From the NCBI GenBank assembly GCA_947469285.1, contig CANIOW010000008.1, positions 16,883 to 80,882 on the forward strand: 64,000 nucleotides of DNA, in the 5' to 3' direction. The notes beneath the pieces were generated by a model, which had not been told where the DNA came from, ran no database searches, and worked only from the letters and a program-made list of their open reading frames with translations. Shown here piece by piece: positions 28,150-36,266 of this stretch. How positions within the stretch are numbered: the first letter of the stretch is position 1; every line of letters begins with the position of its first letter. A program made the position numbers and the translations under genes. Source of the stretch: Gammaproteobacteria bacterium. Its GTDB lineage: Bacteria; Pseudomonadota; Gammaproteobacteria; Steroidobacterales; Steroidobacteraceae.

Positions 28150-29204
28150 CCACCTTTTTGTTGATCACAGGTCTACTCGCCGTGCTGGCAGCGATCGGCG
28201 TGTGCTGGCCTTTGCTACGGCCCGTGGTGGCAGCCTCTCAGACGACGCTCGTCGAAGGGACCGGGACGGCGCACCGCAACTCGTGGCTAACCCTTGGTCT
28301 ATTGCTGGTGTTGGTTCCCTTGGTTGCCTTTGGGACCTATTTGAAAATTTCTAATTGGGACTGGCAGGCGGCGGCGGCGGCTGGGCCCAGCGTGCAAGAG
28401 CAGCTGAGCGCGCTCGAAGACGCGGCAGCTGCCGCACCGGGCAGTCTCGAAGCGCAGATGGCCCTTGGGACGGGTTATGCCAGTTTCGGTCGCTGGGTAG
28501 AGGCGACGCAAGCCTTCCGCGCGGGGTTTATGCTGACGGGGGGGCGTGATCCTCGCATCGGGGTGGAACTGGCGATGGCCTTGGCCAATGGCAATCCGGC
28601 TACGCTTGACGGCGAGGCGGCCCCGTTGATCGAGGCAGCTTTGGCGGCGGACCCGAACTTGCCGAAGGCCTTGTGGCTTGGCGGGTTGCTGGCAGTGCGT
28701 CAGAACAATGCGCCGTTGGCCCGTGAGCGCTGGCAGCGCTTGCTGGATCGGAATCCGCCGCCGGAGGTAGCTCAGGTGCTGCGTGAGAGCATTGCACAGC
28801 TCGGTGGTGCCCCGGTCCTGGCTGCGGAGGCGGCCACCGACTCGCCGGCGGCTACCGGCACTACCATCGTGAACCTTCAGGTGCGGCTGGCACCCGCATT
28901 GGCGGTGGGGTTAACGCCGGACACGGCAGTGTTCCTGCTCGCACGGGACCCGACCCAGCCCGGTCCACCCTTTGCCGCCCAGCGGCACACGCTGGCTGAG
29001 CTGCCGTTAGCAACGCAGTTGTCGGACGCCGATGCCATGATGCCAGGCCGGACACTGTCCACCGCACAGCAGCTGCTGATCGTGGCGCGTGTTTCACGCG
29101 GCGGACAACCGGTGGCCGCCAGTGGCGACCTTTATGGCGAGGCTGCCTGGACACCGGGGCAGTCTGGAGAGTTGACCATCACGATCGACCGGAAGGTGCC
29201 GTGA
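28146..29204 (+). CDS. ccmI: c-type cytochrome biogenesis protein CcmI (TPR-containing)
   Basis: Two N-terminal TM helices and a TPR-like periplasmic region, in the conserved position after ccmH. Confidence 0.8.
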   Translation: MTTFLLITGLLAVLAAIGVCWPLLRPVVAASQTTLVEGTGTAHRNSWLTLGLLLVLVPLVAFGTYLKISNWDWQAAAAAGPSVQEQLSALEDAAAAAPGSLEAQMALGTGYASFGRWVEATQAFRAGFMLTGGRDPRIGVELAMALANGNPATLDGEAAPLIEAALAADPNLPKALWLGGLLAVRQNNAPLARERWQRLLDRNPPPEVAQVLRESIAQLGGAPVLAAEAATDSPAATGTTIVNLQVRLAPALAVGLTPDTAVFLLARDPTQPGPPFAAQRHTLAELPLATQLSDADAMMPGRTLSTAQQLLIVARVSRGGQPVAASGDLYGEAAWTPGQSGELTITIDRKVP

Positions 29205-30478
29205 CGAAAGTCACGGCGTTCTTTTCGCATGTGCAGCTCGCCCGATGGTTGAGCATCCGAGCCGGTGAAGGAGCGCGGCTCGCGGTCAGTTTTTTGGCAT
29301 TCTTTCTACTGTTGACCAGCTATTACATGGTGCGTCCAGTCCGTGACGCGCTGGCTGCAGGCCTACCAAAGGGCGAAATTCCCCGGCTGGCGCTGATTGT
29401 CTTTGCGGTCATGCTGGCGGTCGTGCCGTTGTTTGGGGCAATGGTGGCGCGTGTACGGCGTAACCGCCTAGTGCCATTGACTTACGGGTTCTTCATCAGC
29501 CACCTGCTGATTTTCGCTTGGGTATTCGCCCAGGCAGGGGCAACTGTGTGGGCGGGTCGCGCATTTTATATCTGGATTACAGTCTACAACCTGTTTGTAG
29601 TCTCGGTGTTCTGGAGCTTCATGACCGATACCTGGAGCCGGGAGCAAGCCGGTCGTGTATTCGGCGTGGTGGCCGCCGCTGGCAGTGTTGGCGGGCTACT
29701 AGGGCCCTTGCTCACGCAGGGCATCGTGGAAATAGCAGGCTTGTCTGGGGTGACCCTGTTGGCGGCCTTGCTGCTGTCGGGGGTATTGGCGTGCATCTTG
29801 TGGCTGTCAGCGTCAGCAGGTCATGCCGCCACAGGGCGAGAACCGCCGGTGGGCGGTACGTTTCTGGCCGGGATGACGCTGCTGTTTCGCACGCCGTTCC
29901 TGCTTGGCATTGCCGGTTTGGTGCTGCTGTCCTCCGTGGCAGGTATGATTGCTTACAACGAAATAGCACGTTTGGTGAAAGCCACCTACAGCACCCCGGA
30001 ACTGCGTACGGTGTTCTTTAGCCGCTGGGACCTAGGGGTCAATCTGTCAGCATTGCTACTGGCTTTTCTGTTCAGTCGCGTGGCCAAACGAGTGGGTGTG
30101 GGTGGAACGCTGGTGCTGACCTCCTTACTCGGCGCTGCCTCATTTGTGTTGGTGGTAGTGCAGCCAACATTGGCCATGCTCGGCTTGTCTAATTGTGCCC
30201 GGCGGGCCATGGAATTCGGCATGGCCAAACCGGCACGCGATTCCTTATATTCTGTAGCGGATGCAGAAAGCCGCTACAAGGCCAAAAATGCGATTGATAC
30301 GGCTGTTTATCGCGGTGGCGATGTGTTGGGATCGCAACTGCATGGTGCCTTGTCGGCCGGCGGTCTTGGGCTGGCAGGCTTAAGTGCGTTAGCCGGCGGT
30401 GTGGCACTGATGATGACAGGGGTGGCGTACGCCACCGGTCGCGGCTATCGTGCCCGCGGCGCAAGCGGCAAGGAATGA
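29201..30478 (+). CDS. MFS-like transporter of the ATP/ADP-translocase (TLC, Npt1/Npt2) family type
   Basis: GTGA overlap with the ccmI stop, with GGAAGG upstream. About 11-12 TM helices. The pattern LLLTSYYMVRPVRDAL ... NLFVVSVFWSFMTDTWSREQAGRVFGVVAAAGSVGG resembles TLC-family signatures, judged by eye only. Confidence 0.55.
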   Translation: MTKVTAFFSHVQLARWLSIRAGEGARLAVSFLAFFLLLTSYYMVRPVRDALAAGLPKGEIPRLALIVFAVMLAVVPLFGAMVARVRRNRLVPLTYGFFISHLLIFAWVFAQAGATVWAGRAFYIWITVYNLFVVSVFWSFMTDTWSREQAGRVFGVVAAAGSVGGLLGPLLTQGIVEIAGLSGVTLLAALLLSGVLACILWLSASAGHAATGREPPVGGTFLAGMTLLFRTPFLLGIAGLVLLSSVAGMIAYNEIARLVKATYSTPELRTVFFSRWDLGVNLSALLLAFLFSRVAKRVGVGGTLVLTSLLGAASFVLVVVQPTLAMLGLSNCARRAMEFGMAKPARDSLYSVADAESRYKAKNAIDTAVYRGGDVLGSQLHGALSAGGLGLAGLSALAGGVALMMTGVAYATGRGYRARGASGKE

Positions 30479-30481
30479 CAC

Positions 30482-31708
30482 ATGAATAAAACCAGGCAAG
30501 GCGCGCGACAGTGGCGCAAATGGGCACTCACGGCCGTGGTGGTGCTGGCCGTAGGAGCGGGGGTGTGGCGCTGCAGTCAGCCCAAACAAGCCAAGGTGGA
30601 GTACCAAACCGAAGCGGCTGCTCTCGGCGATTTGACGGAGACAGTTTCGGCGAACGGCAGCCTTAATCCGGTGACGTTGGTGAATGTCGGTACCCAAGTG
30701 TCGGGTACGGTGCTCAAGCTGCATGCCGATTTCAATGACCAGGTTCGCTCCGGTCAAGTGCTGCTCGAGCTGGATGACCGCGTGTATGCCGCGTCGGTGC
30801 GGCAGCTGACTGCCAACTTACGCAGCGTCACCGCTCAGGCGACGCTGGCTGCCGGTAACCTGAAGCGTGGTGAAGCCTTGTCCGCCACAGGCGTTCTCTC
30901 GGTGCAGGACATCGAGCAGCTGCGACAACAAGCTACCAGTGCCGCCGCCCAGCAAGAGGGGGTAGCGGCGCAATTGGACCGCGAACGGGCGAATCTGGGC
31001 TATACGGTCATTCGTTCGCCGGTGGCCGGTGTGGTGGTGTCCCGTGAAGTGGATGTTGGGCAGACCGTGGCCGCCAGTTTCCAGACCCCAACACTCTTCA
31101 AAATTGCGCAAGACCTGTCGAATATGCAGATTAACGGCAGTTTCGCCGAAGCCGACATCGGACGGCTGATCGCTGGTCTGCCGGTGCGGTTCACCGTCGA
31201 CGCCTACCCCGAGCGCACCTTTGCGGGCAGCATCCGCGAAGTGCGGCTGCAACCTAAAACGGTCCAGAACGTGGTGACCTACGACGTGATTATTGCCGTG
31301 GACAATCCGGACCTCAAGTTGCTGCCCGGCATGACGGCGTATGTCAACGTGGTGCTGTCGGAACGTCATGAAGTCTTACGGGTACCCGCCAGTGCCTTTC
31401 GGTTCAAGCCAACGTCGAAGCCGGACGCAGTGAAGCCAGGAACCGATCGCAAGGCCGCGGCTAACGACAGTAGTGGCGCGCGCGGCGCAGGCAGCGTAAG
31501 CCCTGCGGGTCGTGTTGGCGAGGCGCGCACGCGGCCGCTATACGTATTACGTGGCAGTGAAATTGAGCGAGTACAGGTGCGCACCGGCGCTACCGACAAG
31601 CGCTATGTAGAAATTCTCCCGGGCAGCCTGAAGCCTGGTGACCTCGTGGTCACTGGGACCGTTGGCGATGACGGCAAGGGACCGCAAGCACGCGTACGGA
31701 TGTTCTGA
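30482..31708 (+). CDS. Efflux transporter periplasmic adaptor (HlyD/MacA-like membrane fusion protein)
   Basis: N-terminal anchor, a coiled-coil hairpin region, and lipoyl/beta-barrel motifs (IRSPVAGVVVSREVDVGQTV, GMTAYVNV). Confidence 0.85.
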   Translation: MNKTRQGARQWRKWALTAVVVLAVGAGVWRCSQPKQAKVEYQTEAAALGDLTETVSANGSLNPVTLVNVGTQVSGTVLKLHADFNDQVRSGQVLLELDDRVYAASVRQLTANLRSVTAQATLAAGNLKRGEALSATGVLSVQDIEQLRQQATSAAAQQEGVAAQLDRERANLGYTVIRSPVAGVVVSREVDVGQTVAASFQTPTLFKIAQDLSNMQINGSFAEADIGRLIAGLPVRFTVDAYPERTFAGSIREVRLQPKTVQNVVTYDVIIAVDNPDLKLLPGMTAYVNVVLSERHEVLRVPASAFRFKPTSKPDAVKPGTDRKAAANDSSGARGAGSVSPAGRVGEARTRPLYVLRGSEIERVQVRTGATDKRYVEILPGSLKPGDLVVTGTVGDDGKGPQARVRMF

Positions 31709-31709
31709 C

Positions 31710-32417
31710 ATGGCCGTCATTGAACTCCAGTCGGTACTCAAAGACTATGTCACTGAAGCTGGTGCGCTGCATGTACTGAAGGGCATCGACCTGCAGATTG
31801 CGGCTGGCGACTTCGTGGCGGTCATGGGACCGAGCGGCTCCGGTAAATCCACGCTCATGAACATTCTCGGCTGTCTGGATGTGCCAACTGCCGGCGAATA
31901 TCAGCTTGCCGGTCAGTCGGTAGGTTCCTTGAATGATGCGGCGCTGGCGGGTTTGCGAAATCGCACGCTGGGATTTGTCTTTCAGGGTTTTAACCTCATG
32001 ACCCGCAGTACGCTAGAAGACAATGTGGCGTTGCCACTGGTGTACGCCGGTGTCGGTCGTCGCGAACGCCAGCAACGCGCACGGGAGATGTTGGTCAAGG
32101 TGGGACTTGATGGCTACGCCAAGTCGTTGCCGAATCGCATTTCCGGTGGACAGCAGCAGCGGGTGGCCATTGCCCGTGCTTTGATCAATCGTCCGGCCGT
32201 GGTGCTGGCGGATGAACCGACTGGGAATCTCGACTCCCAGACCAGCAGCGAGATCATGAAATTATTCGAGCAGTTGAACCGGGAGGAGGGCGTGACTCTT
32301 GTTCTGGTAACGCACGAGTCGGATATCGCTGCCTGGGCCAAGCGGCTGGTGCAGCTACGCGACGGAGTAGTGCAATACGACGGACCGATCCCAGCAGATT
32401 TCCGGAGACACGGATGA
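31710..32417 (+). CDS. ABC transporter ATP-binding protein (MacB/LolD-type)
   Basis: Start at MAVIELQSVLKDY, 1 nt after the adaptor gene's stop codon. Walker A GPSGSGKST, signature ISGGQQQRVAIARAL, Walker B VVLADEPTGNLD. Confidence 0.92.
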   Translation: MAVIELQSVLKDYVTEAGALHVLKGIDLQIAAGDFVAVMGPSGSGKSTLMNILGCLDVPTAGEYQLAGQSVGSLNDAALAGLRNRTLGFVFQGFNLMTRSTLEDNVALPLVYAGVGRRERQQRAREMLVKVGLDGYAKSLPNRISGGQQQRVAIARALINRPAVVLADEPTGNLDSQTSSEIMKLFEQLNREEGVTLVLVTHESDIAAWAKRLVQLRDGVVQYDGPIPADFRRHG

Positions 32418-33634
32418 TTGGGCCCCTCATCGGCGAGGCACTGCGGGCGATGGCGGCCAACCGCATGCGCTCCGCTCTCACTATGCTGGGCATGGTGATC
32501 GGTGTGGGTGCGGTCATCCTGATGCTGTCAATCGGTAAGGGGGTCGAAGAAAGTGTTCGTGCCTCCATTGCGTCAATGGGCAGTAATTTGTTCATGGTGG
32601 TGTCCGGCGCGCCTCAGGCGGGCGGTATTCGCATGGGGTCGGGAAGTGCACCGACGCTGACCATGGAAGACGCGGAAGCCATCGCTGAATTGGCAGGGGT
32701 GGTCGCTGTTGCGCCATCGTCGCCAGGCACAGGTCAGGTGGTAGTCGGACCCACCAATTGGTCGACCAGTGTCTCAGGCACCACGCCTGGATACTTCGAT
32801 GTGACCGAATGGAAATTCGCTCGTGGCCAGTCTTTTGATGCATCAGACGTACGCGGCGCGACGCGCGTGGCAGTTCTGGGGCAGACACTGGCGGACAACC
32901 TGTTCGGTGATGAAGACCCGATGGGTCGAACTTTACGGATTAACCAGAGTCCTTTTATTGTGATTGGCATTATGGAGCCACGCGGTCAATCCATTGATGG
33001 TCGAGATCAGGATGATGTGGTGATTATTCCCATCACCACGGCACAGCGGCAGGTATTCGGCAGTCAGGTGATCGGGTCGGTACGCTTCATTCAGGTCAAG
33101 GCGGCGGGGCCTGAAGTGATGAACAAGCTGCAGGGCGAGCTTGAAACACTCATTCGCGAACGCCACCGCATTCGTGAAGGGCAGGAAGACGATTTTACCG
33201 TCCGTAATCTCACCTCGCTGATGAATACGGCGGCGTCTACTACGCGCGCTATGGGTCTGCTGCTGGGGGCTATCGCTTCTATTTCGCTCATCGTCGGTGG
33301 CATCGGCATCATGAATATCATGCTGGTCAGCGTCACTGAACGAACGCGAGAGATTGGCATTCGCATGGCCATCGGCGCACGCCGACGTGACATTCTGTGG
33401 CAATTCTTGCTGGAGTCGGTGGTGTTGTCGCTGGTCGGTTGCTTGATCGGTGTATTGCTGGGTATTGGAGGTGCAAAGCTCGTTGCCAGTGCCACCGAAC
33501 TCAAACCCATTGTCAGTCTGGGCTCTATCGTTCTCGGCTTCAGTGTCGCGGCTGGCATCGGCATTTTCTTTGGTTTTTACCCTGCTAAGCGCGCTGCAGG
33601 GTTGCAGCCCATTGAGGCGCTGCGTTACCACTAG
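32414..33634 (+). CDS. ABC transporter permease (MacB/FtsX-type, with large periplasmic domain)
   Basis: 406 aa. TM1, then a periplasmic domain of about 220 aa, then three C-terminal TMs of the FtsX type (GIGIMNIMLVSVTERTREIGIRMAIGA). Confidence 0.88.
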   Translation: MIGPLIGEALRAMAANRMRSALTMLGMVIGVGAVILMLSIGKGVEESVRASIASMGSNLFMVVSGAPQAGGIRMGSGSAPTLTMEDAEAIAELAGVVAVAPSSPGTGQVVVGPTNWSTSVSGTTPGYFDVTEWKFARGQSFDASDVRGATRVAVLGQTLADNLFGDEDPMGRTLRINQSPFIVIGIMEPRGQSIDGRDQDDVVIIPITTAQRQVFGSQVIGSVRFIQVKAAGPEVMNKLQGELETLIRERHRIREGQEDDFTVRNLTSLMNTAASTTRAMGLLLGAIASISLIVGGIGIMNIMLVSVTERTREIGIRMAIGARRRDILWQFLLESVVLSLVGCLIGVLLGIGGAKLVASATELKPIVSLGSIVLGFSVAAGIGIFFGFYPAKRAAGLQPIEALRYH

Positions 33635-33747
33635 TGGCGACACGTGCGCTATTGGTTCCAGTAGCCCACGGGCCTCAAAGGCGCGAAACACTAATAATTT
33701 AACTTAATATTCATTATGCGAAGTCATTAGGATAGTGGCCGGAGGCG

Positions 33748-34281
33748 CTACAGGCCCTCGCTGCAGCGCTCTAACAAACTCTGTAGCACCATTCGCTCAT
33801 GCGGCTTTAACGGCGCTGCCAATTTCTCCTCGACGCGTTCTACCCGCCGTCTGGCCTGCTGTAACCGTTTCCTGCCATCCGCCGAGATCTGTTGTTGTAG
33901 CTTGCGGCCGTGCTCTGGGTCTTGCGTCCGGTCGATTAAACCTCTGGCACTGAGCAAACGGATAATCTCGTGCATCGTCTGAGCGGTGACGCCGGCGGTT
34001 CGGGACAGCGCTGCACTGGTGGCCCCAGGATGGCGCTCAAGCGCGCTGAGCGCGCCAAATTGAGCGGTGGTCAGTTGCTCATCCGCCAGCGCCTTGTCGG
34101 TGGCCATGCGCAACTTGAGCTGTAAACGCCGAATGGCGGGCCCGAGTCGGCCAGTCCCCTTGCCCGTGGTGGTTTCAGTAGGCTGAGTTTCTGGATGGTC
34201 GCTAAAGAGATCGAGATTCGGCGTGGGCAAGGCCACGCGTGGGCGGTTTTTAGGCGGCTTTTCACTGGGCTCAGTAACCAT
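33748..34281 (-). CDS. MarR-family transcriptional regulator with an N-terminal extension of about 50 aa
   Basis: ATG at 34281 with GAGGTG 6 nt upstream; the track start at 34290 is a GTG. Winged-helix core LTTAQFGALSALERHPGATSAALSRTAGVTAQTMHEIIRLLSARGLIDR. Confidence 0.85.
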   Translation of the reverse strand: MVTEPSEKPPKNRPRVALPTPNLDLFSDHPETQPTETTTGKGTGRLGPAIRRLQLKLRMATDKALADEQLTTAQFGALSALERHPGATSAALSRTAGVTAQTMHEIIRLLSARGLIDRTQDPEHGRKLQQQISADGRKRLQQARRRVERVEEKLAAPLKPHERMVLQSLLERCSEGL

Positions 34282-34307
34282 CGCTAGCACCTCGTTTTAG
34301 ACTTTTA

Positions 34308-34319
34308 TAAGTGTACTTA
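34308..34319. promoter_or_regulatory. Inverted repeat TAAGT-gt-ACTTA upstream of marR (candidate MarR operator)
   Basis: Read directly, about 27 nt upstream of the marR start, within an AT-rich patch. Confidence 0.3.
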
Positions 34320-34552
34320 AATAGAGGGGCGCTAGGCAAGACGGACGGCCAGAGCGTAGCGCTCCATGAGTAGTTGCACCGGGTGAAGTAGCGGTATATA
34401 AACGTCTTAGGTGTTTGGTAACCAACGGTTTTAGCAGCCGTGAAACTCCCAGATGCCACGAGGTGCTGGTGGCGACTTCCGCTTGACGGAAGATCCGCTG
34501 GTGTTCTTCAGCAGGCTGATGATGGCCTCGAGACGACGGGTTTAGTCCACCC

Positions 34553-34939
34553 ATGACGGCCTGGCAGCGTTTGCACGCCGCGACGCGTGAACTGGTGACC
34601 TCGGCGCCGATTAAAACTCGGCTCACCGAAGCTTTCTGTCGCCATCTCTTATACGTCGACGTGGCGGAGCTGCCAGTGACCGTCCGTTTGGATTTCACAC
34701 AGCTGTGTGCGGACCTCCAGAATGTCAGTCCCCTCAAAGGGGAAACGGCCGCCCACGCAACTATCCGCAAAATGTCCCCTGCCGAAGCGCATGGCTTCGC
34801 GCTGCGTATTGTTGACTTGTGGGTGGCGGCGGACGCTCGCGAGCGCCAGAAACCTGCCCGCCGTCGTCCGGCCGCTAAAATATCGCCTACGGTTCGGGTG
34901 GAATCCAACGTGGTGCCGCTGTTTCTGCGCACACCCTAG
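34553..34939 (+). CDS. Hypothetical protein (128 aa, predicted helical, basic C-terminal tail)
   Basis: Third-codon-position G/C bias and amino-acid composition look coding, unlike the Arg/Ser-rich antisense ORF at 34297-34932. There is no obvious SD. I recognise no family. Confidence 0.5.
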   Translation: MTAWQRLHAATRELVTSAPIKTRLTEAFCRHLLYVDVAELPVTVRLDFTQLCADLQNVSPLKGETAAHATIRKMSPAEAHGFALRIVDLWVAADARERQKPARRRPAAKISPTVRVESNVVPLFLRTP

Positions 34940-34956
34940 GCCTTTCGGCCGCGGCC

Positions 34957-35421
34957 TCAGTCGAGGGTGAATTCCACCGTATCCCATTTCCCAATGGCTT
35001 CGCCCCGCCCGTGATGGCGTAAAGCCGCGATCAGCGCCCTACCGTCCCAGTCGAGCAGCTCGCTGGCGCCTTGTTGTAATGGCCCCGGGATCGGCGCAGC
35101 GAGGCCAAAGTGCCGCATCACCAGCACTGGTTTGCGTATTGACTGCGCAAAGGTGCTCATAAATTGCAGCCTTTCAGCGTTTTTACTGTACTGGCCCGCC
35201 AGTAACACCACCGCCTCGCTGGCCCCGATTTCAGCGCGCAGCGCTTCGCGTATCGCCTCGGCTGTGAGTGGCCGCAGGGCCTCCGGGCGAGCGCAGTTAC
35301 GATAATAAAAATAGTCTGCGGCCTCGAGAAACTCGAAGACGCGGTGGTAATCCTCGTCTTCCTGCCAGTCGTGACTGACAAAAAGCCGCAATGGATTGGC
35401 CTGATTGATTGGAGCGGGCAT
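34957..35421 (-). CDS. TIR-like (DUF1863 / ThsB-like) domain protein, tentative
   Basis: ATG at 35421 with AGGAAGG upstream. The N-terminal strand motif LRLFVSHDWQEDEDYHRVFEFL resembles (V/I)F(I/F)S(F/Y)H-x-x-D of TIR-like domains. The later segment ...SKNAERLQFMSTFAQSIRKPVLVM parallels the W-x-x-x-E-I-x-x-A-x-x-x-x-K-P-I-I motif. 154 aa. Confidence 0.45.
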   Translation of the reverse strand: MPAPINQANPLRLFVSHDWQEDEDYHRVFEFLEAADYFYYRNCARPEALRPLTAEAIREALRAEIGASEAVVLLAGQYSKNAERLQFMSTFAQSIRKPVLVMRHFGLAAPIPGPLQQGASELLDWDGRALIAALRHHGRGEAIGKWDTVEFTLD

Positions 35422-35472
35422 TTGACCTTCCTGATCTCGGTTGCGGGACGCCAATGGCGCATACAATGCCTC

Positions 35473-36216
35473 ATGCGCCTTGTGGTCTACAACATCCGCT
35501 ACGCCACCGGCACTGGAAAGGCCTTCCACCTGCCGCTGCCCGGTGCGGGATACTTGCGGGGCAACCCCGCCGTGCTGGATGGTATTGCGGAGTTCCTCCG
35601 CGAGCTCAAGCCGGACCTCGTGGGACTGATTGAAGTGGATGCTGGTTCCCTGCGCGCCAAACGCGTTAATCAGGCCGACTATATTGCCGACCGCCTAGGC
35701 CATTACAGCGCCTATGCCTGCAAGTACGCCGTGGGTTCGCTTAACTCGCGAATGCCGATTATCAACAAGCAAGGCAATGCGTTCCTCGCCTCCCCCCGTG
35801 TTCATGGTGAACGGTTTCATTTCTTTGATACCGGTATTAAACGCCTCATCATTGAGCTGGAGCTGGAGGAATGCGCCGTGTTCTTGGTGCATTTGTCGCT
35901 GAAGTATCGGCACCGTCAGGAGCAGTTGCGTCATCTACACCGGTTGGTAAAAGCCTCGACGAAGCCGGTGATTGTCGCCGGCGACTTCAATACTTTTTGG
36001 GGCGATGCGGAAATTTATCTATTCACCCAGGCGGCTGGTTTGCGCAGTGCCAATGTGACCGGTCTGCCGTCCTACCCGAGCCGGGAGCCACGCTGGGAAC
36101 TCGATTTTATTCTGGTCAGTGAGCAAATCGAGGTCACGGGTTTTGAGGTACCAGAGGTCGACTGGTCAGACCATCGCCCTTTGGTGTGTGACTTCACGGT
36201 GCGTCCGCCAGTCTAG
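35473..36216 (+). CDS. Endonuclease/exonuclease/phosphatase (EEP) family protein
   Basis: Start at MRLVVYNIRYATG. EEP hallmarks are an N-terminal YN, LIEVD, VAGDFN and a C-terminal SDHRPLV. 247 aa. Its start codon is only 51 nt from the divergent TIR-like gene start. Confidence 0.8.
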   Translation: MRLVVYNIRYATGTGKAFHLPLPGAGYLRGNPAVLDGIAEFLRELKPDLVGLIEVDAGSLRAKRVNQADYIADRLGHYSAYACKYAVGSLNSRMPIINKQGNAFLASPRVHGERFHFFDTGIKRLIIELELEECAVFLVHLSLKYRHRQEQLRHLHRLVKASTKPVIVAGDFNTFWGDAEIYLFTQAAGLRSANVTGLPSYPSREPRWELDFILVSEQIEVTGFEVPEVDWSDHRPLVCDFTVRPPV

Positions 36217-36266
36217 GACGGGCGGTTGTCGGCCGCCGTTGCTCAGCCTTTGCAAGGAGAAATCGT

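Noticed and set aside
32933-33691. 252-aa ORF antisense to the ABC permease gene
   Set aside because: High-GC antisense artefact. The sense frame encodes a clear FtsX/MacB-type permease.
34297-34932. 211-aa minus-strand ORF competing with the 128-aa plus-strand hypothetical gene
   Set aside because: It is rich in Arg/Ser/Thr with poor third-position bias and would run through the marR promoter region. The plus-strand frame has coding-like composition. Neither frame has homology evidence, so the plus-strand call stays at only moderate confidence.
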